A program made the position numbers and the translations under genes. This document shows, piece by piece, positions 24,150-37,700 of a stretch of DNA of 64,000 nt. Within the stretch, counting starts at the first letter, position 1. The number at the start of each line of letters is the position of its first letter. The notes beneath the pieces were generated by a model, which was not told the origin of the DNA, did no database searches, and was given only the letters and a program-made list of their open reading frames with translations. Location: assembly GCF_009834535.1 (NCBI RefSeq), contig NC_045703.1, positions 73,160,001 to 73,224,000 of the forward strand. The letters run 5' to 3'. Source of the stretch: Camelus ferus. Taxonomy: Eukaryota.

Positions 24150-27100
24150 TTTTCTTTCTATTTTACATTATAGTTTTATCGAGATCGACTCACACTCTAA
24201 ATGACTTCCTCATTTAAGGTGTACTCGTCCGAGGTCCCCGAGTCCGTTCACAAAGTCGCACGGCTCTGACTAGCTCTCCGACTGCACCCCAAACACTGAA
24301 CTGCCTGTTCTGGGCATTTTGTATGAACAGACCCACACACGAGGTGGGCTTTTACGACTGGATTCTTTTTCAAGGTTCATCCATATTTTAGCAAGTACAA
24401 GCACTTCGTGCCTTTTATGGGTAAACAATGCTCCGCTGTATGGTAGGACCACCTTTTCTTTGTCCATTTATTCCTTAACAGGTTATTGCCAGTTTTTGGC
24501 TGTTGTGAGTGCGGCTGCAATGGACATTCATGTACACGTTGTTGTGTGAAAATATGTTTTCATTTCTCTTGGGTGTTTACCTAGGAGTGGGACTGCTGGA
24601 TTGTAGGTAACTACTTTGTTGAATCTTTTAAAGAACTTCCAGACTGCTTTCCAAAGTGGCTGCACCATTTTTACATCCCCACCAGCACCGTGTGAAGGGT
24701 CAAAATTCTCCACACGCTCACCAGTGCCCATCTCTTGTTTTAGCCATTCTAGGATGTATGAAGTGGTATCACATTCGGATTTTGATTTGCATTTCCCTGA
24801 TGGACAATGATGCTGAGGAGCTTTTCATGGGCCTAATCTAAGGTGCTTTTTTGTAAGTTTTTTTTTTTTTAAACAGTTTTCATGCTCACATTTGAGTCTT
24901 TGATCTGCTTTTAGTTAGTTTTTGTGCATGATGTGAGGTAGGGGTCCAGCTTCACTTACTAACATAGATATTAAGTTGTCCCAGCACCATTTGTTCGAAA
25001 GACACTTTCCATCCCACCCCTCATTTGTTGAAAATCAGTTGATTCAGTAAATTCAATTTCTGGATTCTCAATTCCATTTCACTGGTGTACATGTCTGTTC
25101 TTATGCCAATTCCATGTTGTTTTGATTACTGTAGCTTTGTAGTAAGTTTTCAGGTCAGGAGGTCTGAGTCCTCTGACTTTGTTCTCTTTTTTTCAAGACT
25201 ATCCTGGCTATTCAGGGTCCCCTGAATTTCCACATGAATTCCAAGATCAGCTTGTCAATTTCTGCAAAGAAGCCAGCTAGGATTTTGATGGAGGTTGAGT
25301 GGAATGTGTAGATTGGTTGGAGCAGTATTGCTACCTTAGATTGTGTCTTCTGAACCATAAACATGGGATGTTTTCCCATTTATTTGGCCTTCTGTAATTA
25401 AGTGTTCTGTAGTTTTCAGTATACAAGTCTTGCCCTTCTTTTGTTATTTATTTCTAATATTTTATTCTTTTTCAAATTATTGTAAATGGAAATGTTTCTC
25501 TAGTTATGTTATCAAAGTGTTAGTTTCTAGTGTATAGAAATAAGCAGTTGATTCTTGTATACTGATCCAAGCAAGCTGGCTGCATTTTTTATCAGTTCTA
25601 ATGGATTTGTAGTGGATTCCTTTACATTTTTAAAAATTTACAAGATCATGTCATATGGAAATAGGTATTTTCACTTCTTACTTTCATACTTGGATGCTTT
25701 TTATTCCTTTTTCCTGCCTAATTGCTCTGTCTAGGACTTCCAGCACACCTTGAGTAGAAGAGACAAGAAAGGCACCCTTGTCTTGCTCCTGTTCTTGGGG
25801 GTGGAGGCCATGCAGTCTCTTACCCTTGGGTATGATATTAGCTACAGGGTTTTTTAGATGCCTTTCATCAGAATGAGGAAGTTCCTTTTGATTCCTAGTT
25901 TCTTGAGTGTTTTTATCATTGAGTTTTTCAGGTTGTTTTATGTTTCATTTATTTTTTTCCTTGATTCTCTCTCTTTATCTAATATTGGAGAAAAAAACGT
26001 CGGGCTGAGACATGGGGCGTCAGTTCCAAGATCTTTTGCCTTCAGTTTTCTTAACTATTTAATGAGTGTATTGAAGACGATTCCTGATGCTACCTTTTTT
26101 TTTTTTTTTTTTTTTGAAAAAAAGTGTGATTTTTCCTTTACATTTTATTCCAAAGAGACTTAGAGGGAGAGACCAGATATGAGCCCTTTATTAGTAATCT
26201 GTCTTCCCCCCATCTATGGACTCTCTTAATGGTGTCTTTTTTTTGGAGAACAGAAGATCTTTAATTTTATGTAATCTTATTTATCATTGGTCCTTTTTGT
26301 GTCATTTTAAAGAAATGTTTGCTCATTCAAGCTCTTGAAGATACTCTTTAAACCTACTTGTAGAAACTTCTAGATCTACAATCCACCAAGAATGGCTTTT
26401 AGTCTGTTGTATGAAATAGGGAGACCACAGTTTACTTTTTCTCAAACGCACATCCCAGTGCAATTTTAGTGAAAAAGAGCAGTCCCTTTTGAACTGTCCT
26501 GCAGTGCCACCTTTATCACAAATACAGTGTCCATGTGTATGTTTGGGTCTGCCCTGGGCTCCTTTTTCTGTTTGACTAGTGCGTATCCATCTATTCTGGC
26601 ACCCGTGTTAATGTATAGAGCTTCATACGAAGTGTTGCCGTTCAGTGCAGCGAGCTCTTCCACCTGCTCCCCGAGGGCGTATCCCGCATCCTTGGCTCTT
26701 ACTGTGTTATGTGAATTTTACAGTCAACTGCATTTCTAGGAAAGCTTATTGGCATTTGGCGAGGGATTGCATTGTCCCTACAGGTGCATCTGGGGAGAAG
26801 TGATGTCTTTACAATGATGAATCTTCTAATGCCTGAAATTGGAATACCCCTTGATTTATTCAAGTTTTTCTTAATGTCTTTAAATACCATTTTATGATTT
26901 TCTGTGTGGAAGTCCTGTACATCTTTCATTAAGTTTGTGCCTGTTTTCTAAGTGTTTCTTTTTCCAATGCTATTGTCAATGTTAAAAGTTTATTTTGCAT
27001 TTGTATTTGCTGTATTTTGTATTTGTTGATGATATATGGAAATATCAGGAAGTTCTAAAAATGTAGCTAAACTCACTTATTCATGTGAATAATTCATCTG

Positions 27101-27794
27101 TAGGATTTTTTTGTTTGTTTTTTTCCATACACATTCATATCTGTGACTACTGGTAGTTTTAGTTTTTTCTTTCCCATCCTCACACTTTTGTTTTTCTTGC
27201 ATTATTGCAGTGGCTAGGACCTTTAGTACAATATCAAAAAGTGATATCAAACAACCATGTATCACTTCCACAGATCCTGGGGGGCTTCCCTACATTTCCC
27301 TGGCTGAGAATGATGTCTGCTGTGTGTGTTTTGGAGACACTCTTTATCCACTTAAGGAAATTGTCTTCTATTCTGAGAATGTGTGTTGAATTTTATCAAA
27401 TACATTTTCTACAACTACTGAAGCCATTATATTACTTTTCTCCTGTTTTCTTCTATTAATAACATAAATTATGTTAATTGATTTGCAAATTTGAAGCTGA
27501 CTTTGCATTTCTGGATAAGCCAGTCTGGTCATGACATATTTTCCCTATTTACATATTGCTGGACTTAGTTTGAAAATATCTTGTTCTAGAGTTCTGCATC
27601 CATTTCCACGAGTGAGATCAGCCCATGACTCTGCTTTCTTGCAAATTCTTTCCCAGGTTTTCAGAATCAGTGGCCCCATAGAATGAGTGAAAGTATTCCC
27701 TTTTTTAATATTCTCTGTAAGGATTTGTTTAAGATTGAGATCATTTCATTCTTAAATGTTTGGTAGAACATTAATGAAGCCATCTGTGCCCAGG

Positions 27795-27836
<42 letters not shown>

Positions 27837-28265
27837 TTAATTATGAATTCAAGTTCTTGGATAGTCTTATAATCACTCAAACGTCCTGTTTCTTCTTGTG
27901 TCATTTTTTTGCAGATATATTGTTTCATAGTTTTTTTAATTGTGTCCATATTTTCCATTGTGTTTACATTGTGTTCTACGATATTGTCTACAAATGTTTC
28001 TTGAATCTGTAGTGATGCAGGACCCCGCTCCAGTATTTTTATTTTTCCTATCATTGGTTCTTTGTGCTTTCTCTTTCTTTTGTTTTTAACCAGCCTTGGC
28101 AAAGGCTTAACAATTTTATCAGTCTTTTCAAAGAACCAACCTTTGACTTCGGTGACCCTCTATGTTTCTGTTTATTTTCTAATTCATTAAACTCTGCCCT
28201 TTTCTTTACTATTTCCTTCAGTCTATTTACTCTGGGTATAATTTACTAGAGTATTTTTCTAATTT
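24150..28265 (-). mobile_element. Cluster of old L1 (L1M-type) fragments immediately upstream of the DACT2 promoter
   Basis: Track ORF 24528..24731(-) VQPLWKAVWKF...YNPAVPLLGKHPREMK matches the L1 ORF2 C-terminus. ORF 26699..26929(-) KDVQDFHTENHK...IIVKTSLLP...DNAIP matches the ORF2 RT region. T-rich plus strand, many stops. Confidence 0.85.
27798..27828. repeat. (TG)15 microsatellite
   Basis: Perfect TG run read directly. Confidence 0.97.
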
Positions 28266-28728
28266 CTTCAAGTGAGTTCTTGTCTCTGTGGCATCACTTC
28301 CCTCCAGTTGGCCTGGCTCAGACCTCATTCATACTGGTCAAGAGCTTGTAACTGGGCAGATGTTGGGTTCCACTCCGTCTTAGATTGTGTTTGGAGCCTT
28401 GAGTGTAAGAACAAATTGTGGGGTTTCCCTGCCTGCGTGAACTGCATCTACACGCAGAGCTTTATGCAGAGGAGGAGAAGCCAGCTCGTGCATAGAATGC
28501 TTTAGGGGGAAGTCATGGCTGCAGTCTCGGATGGGGTCTTAGAACGTGAGAAATACAAGGCTTCTTAGGGCTCCTGTACTTCTTACTTCTGACACAGTGT
28601 CATAGGTGAGAAACGGGCCCAGAAAAGTTAGTTTTCATCGACTTGTCAAAGACAGTCCTCTCTGCTTTTCTCGTTATTGAGTCTTGACAGCAGTGGAGTA
28701 TGCTCAGCTTTTTGGACTCTCTCTGTCT

Positions 28729-28777
28729 CACATGCGTGCACGCACACACACGCACGCACGCGCACACACATGCACAC
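28729..28777. repeat. 49-nt alternating pyrimidine-purine tract (CA/CG/TG)
   Basis: CACATGCGTGCACGCACACACACGCACGCACGCGCACACACATGCACAC, unbroken Y-R alternation. Confidence 0.9.
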
Positions 28778-31449
28778 CCCCTCCTCAAATATGGCAGCCT
28801 CTGTCTCAAGCGTGTCTGAGAGCGGGCTTGCGCCTGGAGAATGTCCCTGGGCTCCCAGCAGGGACGAACTGGCTCAGCCTTCGTGCTGGATTTGTCCGAA
28901 AGCCCAGGCTCCCTTCCAGACCACTGGCAACTTTACTGGCTTTCCCATCCTCCATGCTATCCCTCTGGTCACTGGACCTTCATTTATTTCCCATAAACTT
29001 GGAATCCTTGTCTGTTTTTAGATTCGAGGTTTATCTTTCTCTGCTTACACCCCCAGATAACACGGTTCCTGGGCCCTGGGGAGCTGGTGGGGGCCGGGGT
29101 GTGGGTGTCAGAAATCAGCCCTCCTTCCCTGGCACCCCTGATTCCCAACCAACAGATCTGCCGCTGCCGGTGATCTTTCACTGGTAACGACAAGATCCTG
29201 GATTTGGTGGCGCAAGGAAGCCGACTGCAAGGGGAGGAGGAGCTTTCCAGCCTCACCAGGTCTGTCATCTGTCCTTTTCTAATCACATTACCCACATCCC
29301 TCGTACTTACGTACTGTTCTGCAAACATATACGTCCATCACGATAAAAATTTTTAATCGATCTTTCTTCTTCTCTGGCTCATTTTCTGGCTATTCCGTTA
29401 TTGTTCTGTGGCTATAATAGCTACTTGAATCTGTCTGTAAATTACAATTTTCTGTGTCATTTTTAATTACCTCTGCATTGTGTAGTGTCAGCTTTTCTGT
29501 TTATCCTTGACCGTTTTTGTGCTGTTGATCACATGACCGAGGATGCCTAGATGTGGTTCACGTGTCAGTAACAGGGAGGTGTGCATGGTCATTGAGTTTG
29601 GGTTCATGATGGTTAGAGGATACAGAGCTGGCCGGGGTGCCGGACACGTCCCCCAGTCGTCAATGAAGGGCCTTATCTGTGGCACCAATGCCGCGCGTCC
29701 TGGATGGGCATTTACATTTATTTATATTTGGCTGTAGTTGCAGATTTTACTTTTTTTTCTTTCCTTTCTATCATTTTATTGTGGACTCAGTAGGAAGACA
29801 TGGGCTCCATACACCTTAGTGTGTGTTTCTCCACAAAAGTGTTACCTTAAATCAGCGAATTCAGTCATTACAATCAGGAGACTGATGTTGATTCGTAACA
29901 TCTAATACCATCTAACGTTAAATCTAATGTTACCATCTAATACTCAGATGCAACACAGAATTTTTCCAGTTCGTCCTCTGGATCAGAACCACCCCCCAGA
30001 CTAACGCAGTCCCCTGTCCTGCCCGACCGGCCTCTGTCAGCCTGGAGCAGGGCCTCAGTCAGTCCTGGGCGTACGGCTGCTCCTCTTTGAGGACTAGTTC
30101 CAGAACCAGTCACTTTGCAGGGTGCTCCTGTTTCATCTTGCCGAGGTCTCCCCCTGCATCAGGTCCTGTGTCCGGAAGACCGAGAAGTGATGCTGTGCTC
30201 CTGCCGAGCCTCCCCCCCGGGGGCCCACAGCTCTGCTTACCCGCCCGATGCTGCCCACGCTGCCCACCTCGTCTGTGTCCACAGCTCTGCCTGCCATCCA
30301 TCTGTCCCTCCGTTTGTCTGTCCATCTACCAGCTAGCCGTCCATCTACCTGTCTAGTTATCTGTCTATAACCCAGCTGTTCAGGACGGGAAGGGAGGGGG
30401 TAAGGGAAGAAAAGAAAGAAACAAGAGCCCAGAAGGTGCTTTTGGGTTTTGTCCTCCATGTGAGGCAGGAGAAGGATCCGGAAGTCCTTGATGCTGGCGT
30501 GGGGCTGGGGAGGGGCAGAAACCCTGGACCGTCTTTGCCGAGCTGGGGGCAGTGCGTGCTCCTTATCCTGAAGGGGGCACACCTCTGATCGGCATGAAGA
30601 GACAGTGTGGCCAGCTCCCCCTACATCCTGCCCTCTGCTCCTCTGAGATGGAGGGGTGGGATGAGGGAACTGGGGGCTCCACACACCCACCCAGACGCGC
30701 TGGGAGCCTCTGGTGGTGGGGATCATGCGTTCATAGTGCTCTTGGATAGGGAGTCCCCCGTTACCTCCCTGTCCAGTCCTGGGGCGGGAGGGACGCTGGG
30801 CCCGAGGCACTAGACTCTAGACTCCAGCGCCTGCCCTGAGCTTCTGTGAGGCCTCGAATGTCAGATGTCATCTCCTCCTTCTTATCTCCCTAAACCCCCA
30901 GGGGTGACAGTGGTTTCAGGTGGGCCCCCTCACCTGCCTTTATGACTATTGGAGGGTCCAAAGTATGTGACTTATTCAGTTATTTTACTTCCAAAGTGCT
31001 GTTAAAGACTATAATTTGGAACACCAAATAGCAGCGAGAGAAATGTTTATGATAAGATGCCAAGAAAAAACAAACTGAATTAAAAACAGTGCCTGTACGT
31101 GTATAAGAAGCACGCCCCATGCCAGCAGGGCCCCTCTGGAGGCCTAAGAAAATGAAGGCAGCTGTTTGCAAGTTTGCTGTGGTTGTGGTGACTCTCTCCC
31201 CTGGGTTAATTCCCTCTCTCGTTGATCCGTTGATCCGTGCAGTCGGCCAGTATTCACACACACAGGCGCACACCCCCTACAGGCTACTAGAAATTGTTTC
31301 CCAGTCAGACCGACAGAGATCGGAACAGTGATACCCACCGTTGGCAGGAGACGGCGGGAAGACGCACCCTCTCCGCCTGCCCGATCGGACCCTGTGGGCC
31401 TCGCCTTCCTCCCAGACTCCCCACCCTCCAGCTCAGTCTCTGTCTGGTC

Positions 31450-31750
31450 TCAGGTCCCAGGGCCTTTGCATGTGCTGTGTCCTCCGCCCGAAGGCGTGGC
31501 CTCCCCTCCCCCCTGCATGTCTTTTTTCAGGTCTGGGTTTCCCGTCAGTGCCCCTGGGCCCCACCGTCCACTTTTCATTTCCACAGCACAGCATCCTCTC
31601 CCACTGCTTACACTTTGCTCGTTGGTTGTGATGACTGTTCCTCGTTTGTCTCCCCCACTAGACTGGACGCTTAGTGAGATGAGAGATCTTTGTGTTGAAA
31701 CTAGTGTATTCTAGATGCTAGTAGCTGCCTAATAGCTTTTGCTGAGTTAA
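31450..31750 (+). mobile_element. L2 3' fragment
   Basis: GGGCCTTTGCATGTGCTGTGTCCTC and TGTCTCCCCCACTAGACTG are typical L2 3' anchors. Confidence 0.7.
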
Positions 31751-34576
31751 CACTTGGTCATCTGTTCATCACTGAGCTGAAGGAAAACTTTAAAAATTAT
31801 AATACGGTGTTATACCCCCACATGGAATAGCGTTTTTTACATCATTGAGTTTTATTTGTCTGAATGTCGCCAGGTTGCCCCTCAGGCTGTGATGATAACC
31901 AGCGGTGAGAGAGCAAACTCCTCACGTCACCGTCGATGCCGAGTATCTTCATTTTAAAATACTTTTCCTCATGTGAGTGATAAGCAAAGGGATCTCAGTA
32001 CTCACCCAGCGCCCAGCGCTGTGGCTCAGCGAGTGTCTGCCTGCAGTTTCCGTGTGCCGGGACCTGCTCCTCGTCCCCGGCAGGGCTCTTCCCGAGCTCC
32101 AGGTGGCATTTGTCCTGTGCGTTGGACACACCTTCCCCTGAGTCTGTTGTTTTTCTCCAGAGTTGGTGTGGCCTCCTTGACGTATCACCACTTAATATTT
32201 TTCTTTTTTCCTTTATGTCTTTTATGATTCTTGTCATATTTAGAACGTTTTCCCCTATTTCAAAGTGAAGGTAGTATTTTTGTAAGTTTTATTCTGATAT
32301 GACCTGTGTATCTTTTTCGACTCAGGATTTATTTTTGCATCTGATGGGAGGCAGGATTCTAACGTTTTTCCCCTAAGATGAGCTCGTTATTCTAGGACCA
32401 TCACCGTTTCTTAAACAAACACCCCTTTCCCTCTGAACTGAAATGAATCACCTGTAAACCCGGAGCTATCCTGGACCCTCCAGTCTCTTCTTCTGACCTA
32501 TGTTTCTGTCCTGAGGCTAATCATTTACTATCACAGCCCCGGGTGAAGTTCACTAAAGCAGGTGTGTAATCGTTAACGTGGAAAAGTGTTAGATGTGACA
32601 TATCGCTAAGACAGAAACCAGACTGCAGACCCCTGTGGCGCCACTGAAGGTTGTGTGTGGTGTGTTCTGTGCACGCTGTATGAAAGGCCATACGCCTAAA
32701 ATGTTGATAGTAGTTGTAGCTGAGATAAGAGGTTATAGGTGAATCGGTCTCTTACTTGATTTTTATTTCCCTATAAGCATTACCTGGCTAATTAAATTAA
32801 AAAGTTAAAAAGGTAATGACTCTCCTTGACCTACAAAAGAGAGGCTACCAACTTATTTTGTCTTCAGACCTCTCTATGCTGTGGCCACATCCAGACGGGA
32901 GTCCAGAGAAATACTAGAGCTGCATAAGGTGTCATGGCTCACTTATTCTGATTGAAGGTAATGGCATTAGTAAAGTTATAGCAAATACCTTGGCCTCTAC
33001 GCTTGTGAAACCAGCCGTATTAAATTAATAATTATATTCACGCCAAAGGCGGATGGGGATTACGCACTTAGTCACTGCTTCGGCACGTCAGCTGGCAGAT
33101 AGACTTCCCTTTATCTGTGAAAGCATCTCAGAAGGACAGTGGGGACCCTGTGATCTCCCCGCCACACAGACTTCCTGGGAGGTGTCCTGCGTGTCTGGGC
33201 TCAGAGGGCAGAGGTTCTCCCCCGGCTCCCTCTGCGGTTCCTGGGCTGGAGTTCCCTCGCCTGCGGTCCAGGTCCAGCGCTGGGAGTCGCCCACCGGCAG
33301 GTCCGGAGAAGCCGCCCGCAGTGTTGTGTAACACGCGGCCCCAGCAATTGCAACAGAGACACAGTTCCTGCTTAGAAAGGGGAACGCAGTCCACCCCTGA
33401 GGCAATGACAGGTCATCGGGGAGAACTGGAAAACATATTCAGGATGGGGCTGGCCCTTGGTTCTGGGAAGAGAAGGGCCAGGTGAGCACGCTGTTCACTG
33501 GGACTCACGGCTGGAGGTTTAGGTCCTCAGAGGAGACCCACGTTTCTTATCATGGATGTTTGTTATGTAACGATGCTTCGTTTGGTTTAGAAAACCTAAA
33601 AAAGGATGGTTGACTAAGCCTGAATTTGCTTTTGTACACATTTTCAGTGTTTCTTGATGGTCGTGAGGCACCTTAAGGATCCTCTCTGTTTTGGATTTTT
33701 CTTTGTAAAATGTGGATTCAGTTACTTAGAAGTGGTACCTACCGTTCTCATGTCTCCAGGGAGCTCCCTGAGAACCGGCTCCCAGGGTGTGAACCGGAGG
33801 GGCTGCCCCTGTGCCGATGCGCACGGCTCCACGGTCCTTGGAACCAGAAACGGAGAGACAGCAGGTTGAAATCACGTGGAGCGTTTCTCCTGCAGCCGTT
33901 GCAAACCTCCGACGCCGCCGTCACTCGTGCAGACGCAGGCGCTTTGACTTGATTGGCAAAGTCATAGTGAATTTGTTGGTGTCGCGAGCCAGGGAGCCGA
34001 GTACATGCGGCCTGAGCTGCCACTGGCCCTGCCTCTTGCTTATTTGTCTCAATTCTCCCACTTGCCCTTTTCTTTAAATTCCTCATTTAACAGTCTTACG
34101 TCAGCAACATTTCAGTCTTAGCTTTTCCCCTCGGCTGACCTCCAGGAGAGATGGGTCACTCGCTTCCCCAGAGCTCTGAGGTGGCAGATAACTGGTGAGA
34201 AGGGCTCAGCGTGCCTGCTGTTGGACGTGTGTTGGCACGTGCTGGTGTGGGTGTGAATGGCAGGATTTAGCCGTGTCTGTGTGTGTGTGTGCGCTCCTCT
34301 GTAAAAAGCACAGAAGGACACCATGTCCTCTGGCCAGTTAGTAATGCATTGTCATTTGTGTTCGAGATTAAACTTGTAAATCTGTGGACTTCTGTAAAGA
34401 TGGAAATGAATCGGAAGAGAAAGCTGCCTGGGAACGTCAGCCCCGTTGTGTGTTGTTATTCCGCCGTAAAGGAAAGCCGGCGTGCGCGCTGTGATGTGTA
34501 CATGGCAGAGCAGAAGGTGACGACCGTCTTGGGTTGCCCGTCATCGGGGCGTGATGATTAGTATACTTTTATGCAG

Positions 34577-34745
34577 TTTTTTGAACTGAAGCACCGTCAG
34601 TTACAATGTGTCAGTTTGGTGTGCAGCACAGTGTCCCAGGCATGCATGTACACACATAGAGTCGTTTTCATATTCTTTTTCATTAAAGGTTATTACCAGA
34701 TATTGGATGTAGTTCCCTGTGCCATGCAGAAGAAGCCCGTATACT
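34577..34745 (-). mobile_element. L1 3'-end fragment
   Basis: GTTTTCATATTCTTTTTCATTAAAGGTTATTACCAGATATTGGATGTAGTTCCCTGTGC; same family as 4810-4965. Confidence 0.75.
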
Positions 34746-37700
34746 TCTAATTGTATGTCCTGGCACAGCCAGACCTTGGCTGTCCACAGTGTGTCACCAA
34801 GCTCCACATCTAGTCCACGTGGCATAAACCCCCTGCAGCCCCTACAAAGGAGGCGTGGGCACTCTGGTGTCCAGGCTGTGACGTGTGTCCACCCCCCCCC
34901 CCCGACATGGTGGGTCTTGGAGGGTCAATAACATGTTAATTATGAATGAACTGGGCTAATTTTAGGAGGCAGCTACCGTATTCTCCCTATTTTGGGATCA
35001 TCACCATCAGAAAAATTTTCTCTTCACATGTGGAAATAACTTTATTGTTTATGCTTATTATTAAAGAAGTAAGTGATAATGGCTAAATCATTAGGTGGAA
35101 AAGACTGGTTGTAAACCCACCCCACCGTGCACAGCTCTGAATATATCACATCTTTCTAAACATTTCTGTGTAAATTTAATTTTAATACAAATTTATTCTC
35201 TTACTTAATAGTTTTTCTCCACTTTCTAAACCAATGCCTAATACCCCATTTTGTGACTTAACAATAATGTATTTCCTAACCCCCCATCGATGAACATTTA
35301 TGAAATCAGTTATTTCTCACTCTTCTAAAGCATCCTGAACAAAAGTGCTTTTTCTTCCCCACCTGCTGAAAAAGAGTCTTGCCAATACAAGGTGTTATTA
35401 ACACTTTTCTCCCAATTTTATAGTTCTTGGATTAATATTGAGATTGAACATTCTTCAGATGTATGCTTCATGTTTGTAGGCCTTCTTTGATATTTCCTGT
35501 TCAAATCTTTGGTCAACTAAAGTTGGGACACCTCTTATGGATATGTAAGAACTCTCTATTGGAGATGTGAGGAGAGGGTGCCAAATGTAATGTCGCGGAG
35601 AAGAAATCCAGGTCCACCTAATGCAAGGGACGGATCTCGGGAACCTCTGAGGTCATGGGCGATGACAGATTGCCCAGCGTGAAAACCCTGAGAGTTTCAG
35701 AGGCAGCTCATGACAGTGGGCGTATTGTCTTTAAGTGGGAGTCACCTATTTTGGAAAGAGGCTCATCGAAACGAAAGAAGGTAAAGAGGGACGTGAGGGC
35801 TGAGGCCAGCGGGATGTCTCCCGGGGACCATCCACTCCCTGAAGCCTCCGCTCTTAGGCAGAGGCGTGAGTCAGACACTCCTTCTGAACACATGCCCACG
35901 GCTCGCGGGGTCCCCAACGTCCCACACAGATGTTTCTACAATTTTATTTCACAGAAACCGCAATATTACTCGCAACCAGACCGTCAGTTACGACTAGAAA
36001 GTAAGGAAACACTTTAATCTTTGAGAAATAGGAAACCTTGGGGCATGTTTACATAATTGTTCACATATAATTGTCAAACAATTTTGTTTTGAATTAAGTG
36101 AAATGATTGCTAATTGTTGGCGTATACGCGGTGTGCTGATTATTCACATGTGCCTTGGATCATGTGATTACAGGAAGCAGAGCCAACCCTCCCTCCTCGC
36201 CAACACGGTGAGTTAGGAATAGTTGTGGTTTAGTCCCTCCCACCTTAATTCTAGGCACCCCCGTCTCGGGTACCTGTGAGTCCCAGCAGTCCCACCCTGC
36301 TCATCTTCCGTGCCTGCCCTGAGGCGCAGCGCGGCTCCAGGTAGGCCTGCTGATGAGGGGAGTCAGAGGATGAGGGGCGAGCGAGCCGTCTGCAGTGACC
36401 CAGCAGAGTTCCTGGCAGCCGCTGTGGAACCACATGAACAGCACTTACCTCTCAGGGCAAGAGAAGACTGAGGACCAAGCAAACCACCTTCTCTCTGGAC
36501 GTAAGACCCGACCGAGCGCACTGCATACCTGTGTGTGGCTCCTGGAACCAGCCTTGGTACCAGAAAGCATCCTCCTGCTTCGAAAAGTTGAGACTGCCAC
36601 GTGGATTTACGAGGAAGAAAATCGGGGTAGGAAGAGAAGGGAGACCTCTAGGGGCACTTGTGAGCTTTCTTTTTGGAAATACAGATTTTTTTTTTAAATG
36701 AAATTTTATTGGAAATCTTAGTTATTATTGGAGAAATAAGAATCTTTTTCTTCCTTATGATATTTTGTACATATAAGGTGATATTTTCATAAAAAGTATT
36801 TTAAGGTATTTTAAAAATTTGGTATGTTTTGTAGTAACTCCACGATAATTTGAGAGTATAAATAAATAGGCTGGAGTAAAATGCTTTCTGATGGGAAGAA
36901 AACATGTCGGAATAATTTCCAGCATTTTTTTGAGGGGTGGGGAGGAATAAAAGCAACAATTTAGAAGAAAGGTGTGGCTTTTACAGGCAGCCCCGACCTA
37001 AAAGCTTCTCATGGAAAACATTCACTAACCTCAGTATTAGGCTAGACCAGAGACTGTCCCACGCACAATAAAATCCCACCTGGGAACAAGCTGAATGGGA
37101 ATAAAAGCCAGACAAATTTCCAGAGCCTGTTTCAGTATCAAACAAGAGTTTTCGGTTGGGTTGAACCATGTAGGGTTGCTGCCAGGCTGTTCAGTTTAGA
37201 AGAGGTTGAACATTGACAGCTTCGTGTAATTCGACCACCGGGGAACCAAGCGGGGTTTAAATGGTCAGATAAATCAGTATGCAGTGCACGGGGGAAATTA
37301 CAGATTTGTTTAAGGAAACAAAGGAAAAGGGGGAGAGTCAAATAAATTCATTAAGATGCCAAAGAACAGTTCAGAAAACAGAGGCAGAAACTGCAGTGGG
37401 CCAGGAGAAGCTTCCACACACACACGCTGCCATTGCTGTCGCTGGGGAGCTTGATGTCAGCAGACCCCTAGTCAGGCCTGGCCCGCTGGGCCGCACAGGC
37501 CTGGGGTTTAACAAGCGGGGACAGAAACGGCGCGGGTCACTTTCCCGGGATGGGAGGAGACAGGGCTCCCGGCCGTCATGTGAGCGAGAACCCGGTCTGC
37601 TCGTGTTCCGTAACATTTCTAACTTAATTTGGTTTATTTGGGAAAAAACACACCTTTTATTGTTTTCTTGCTACTACAAGAGTGACACATACATATTATG

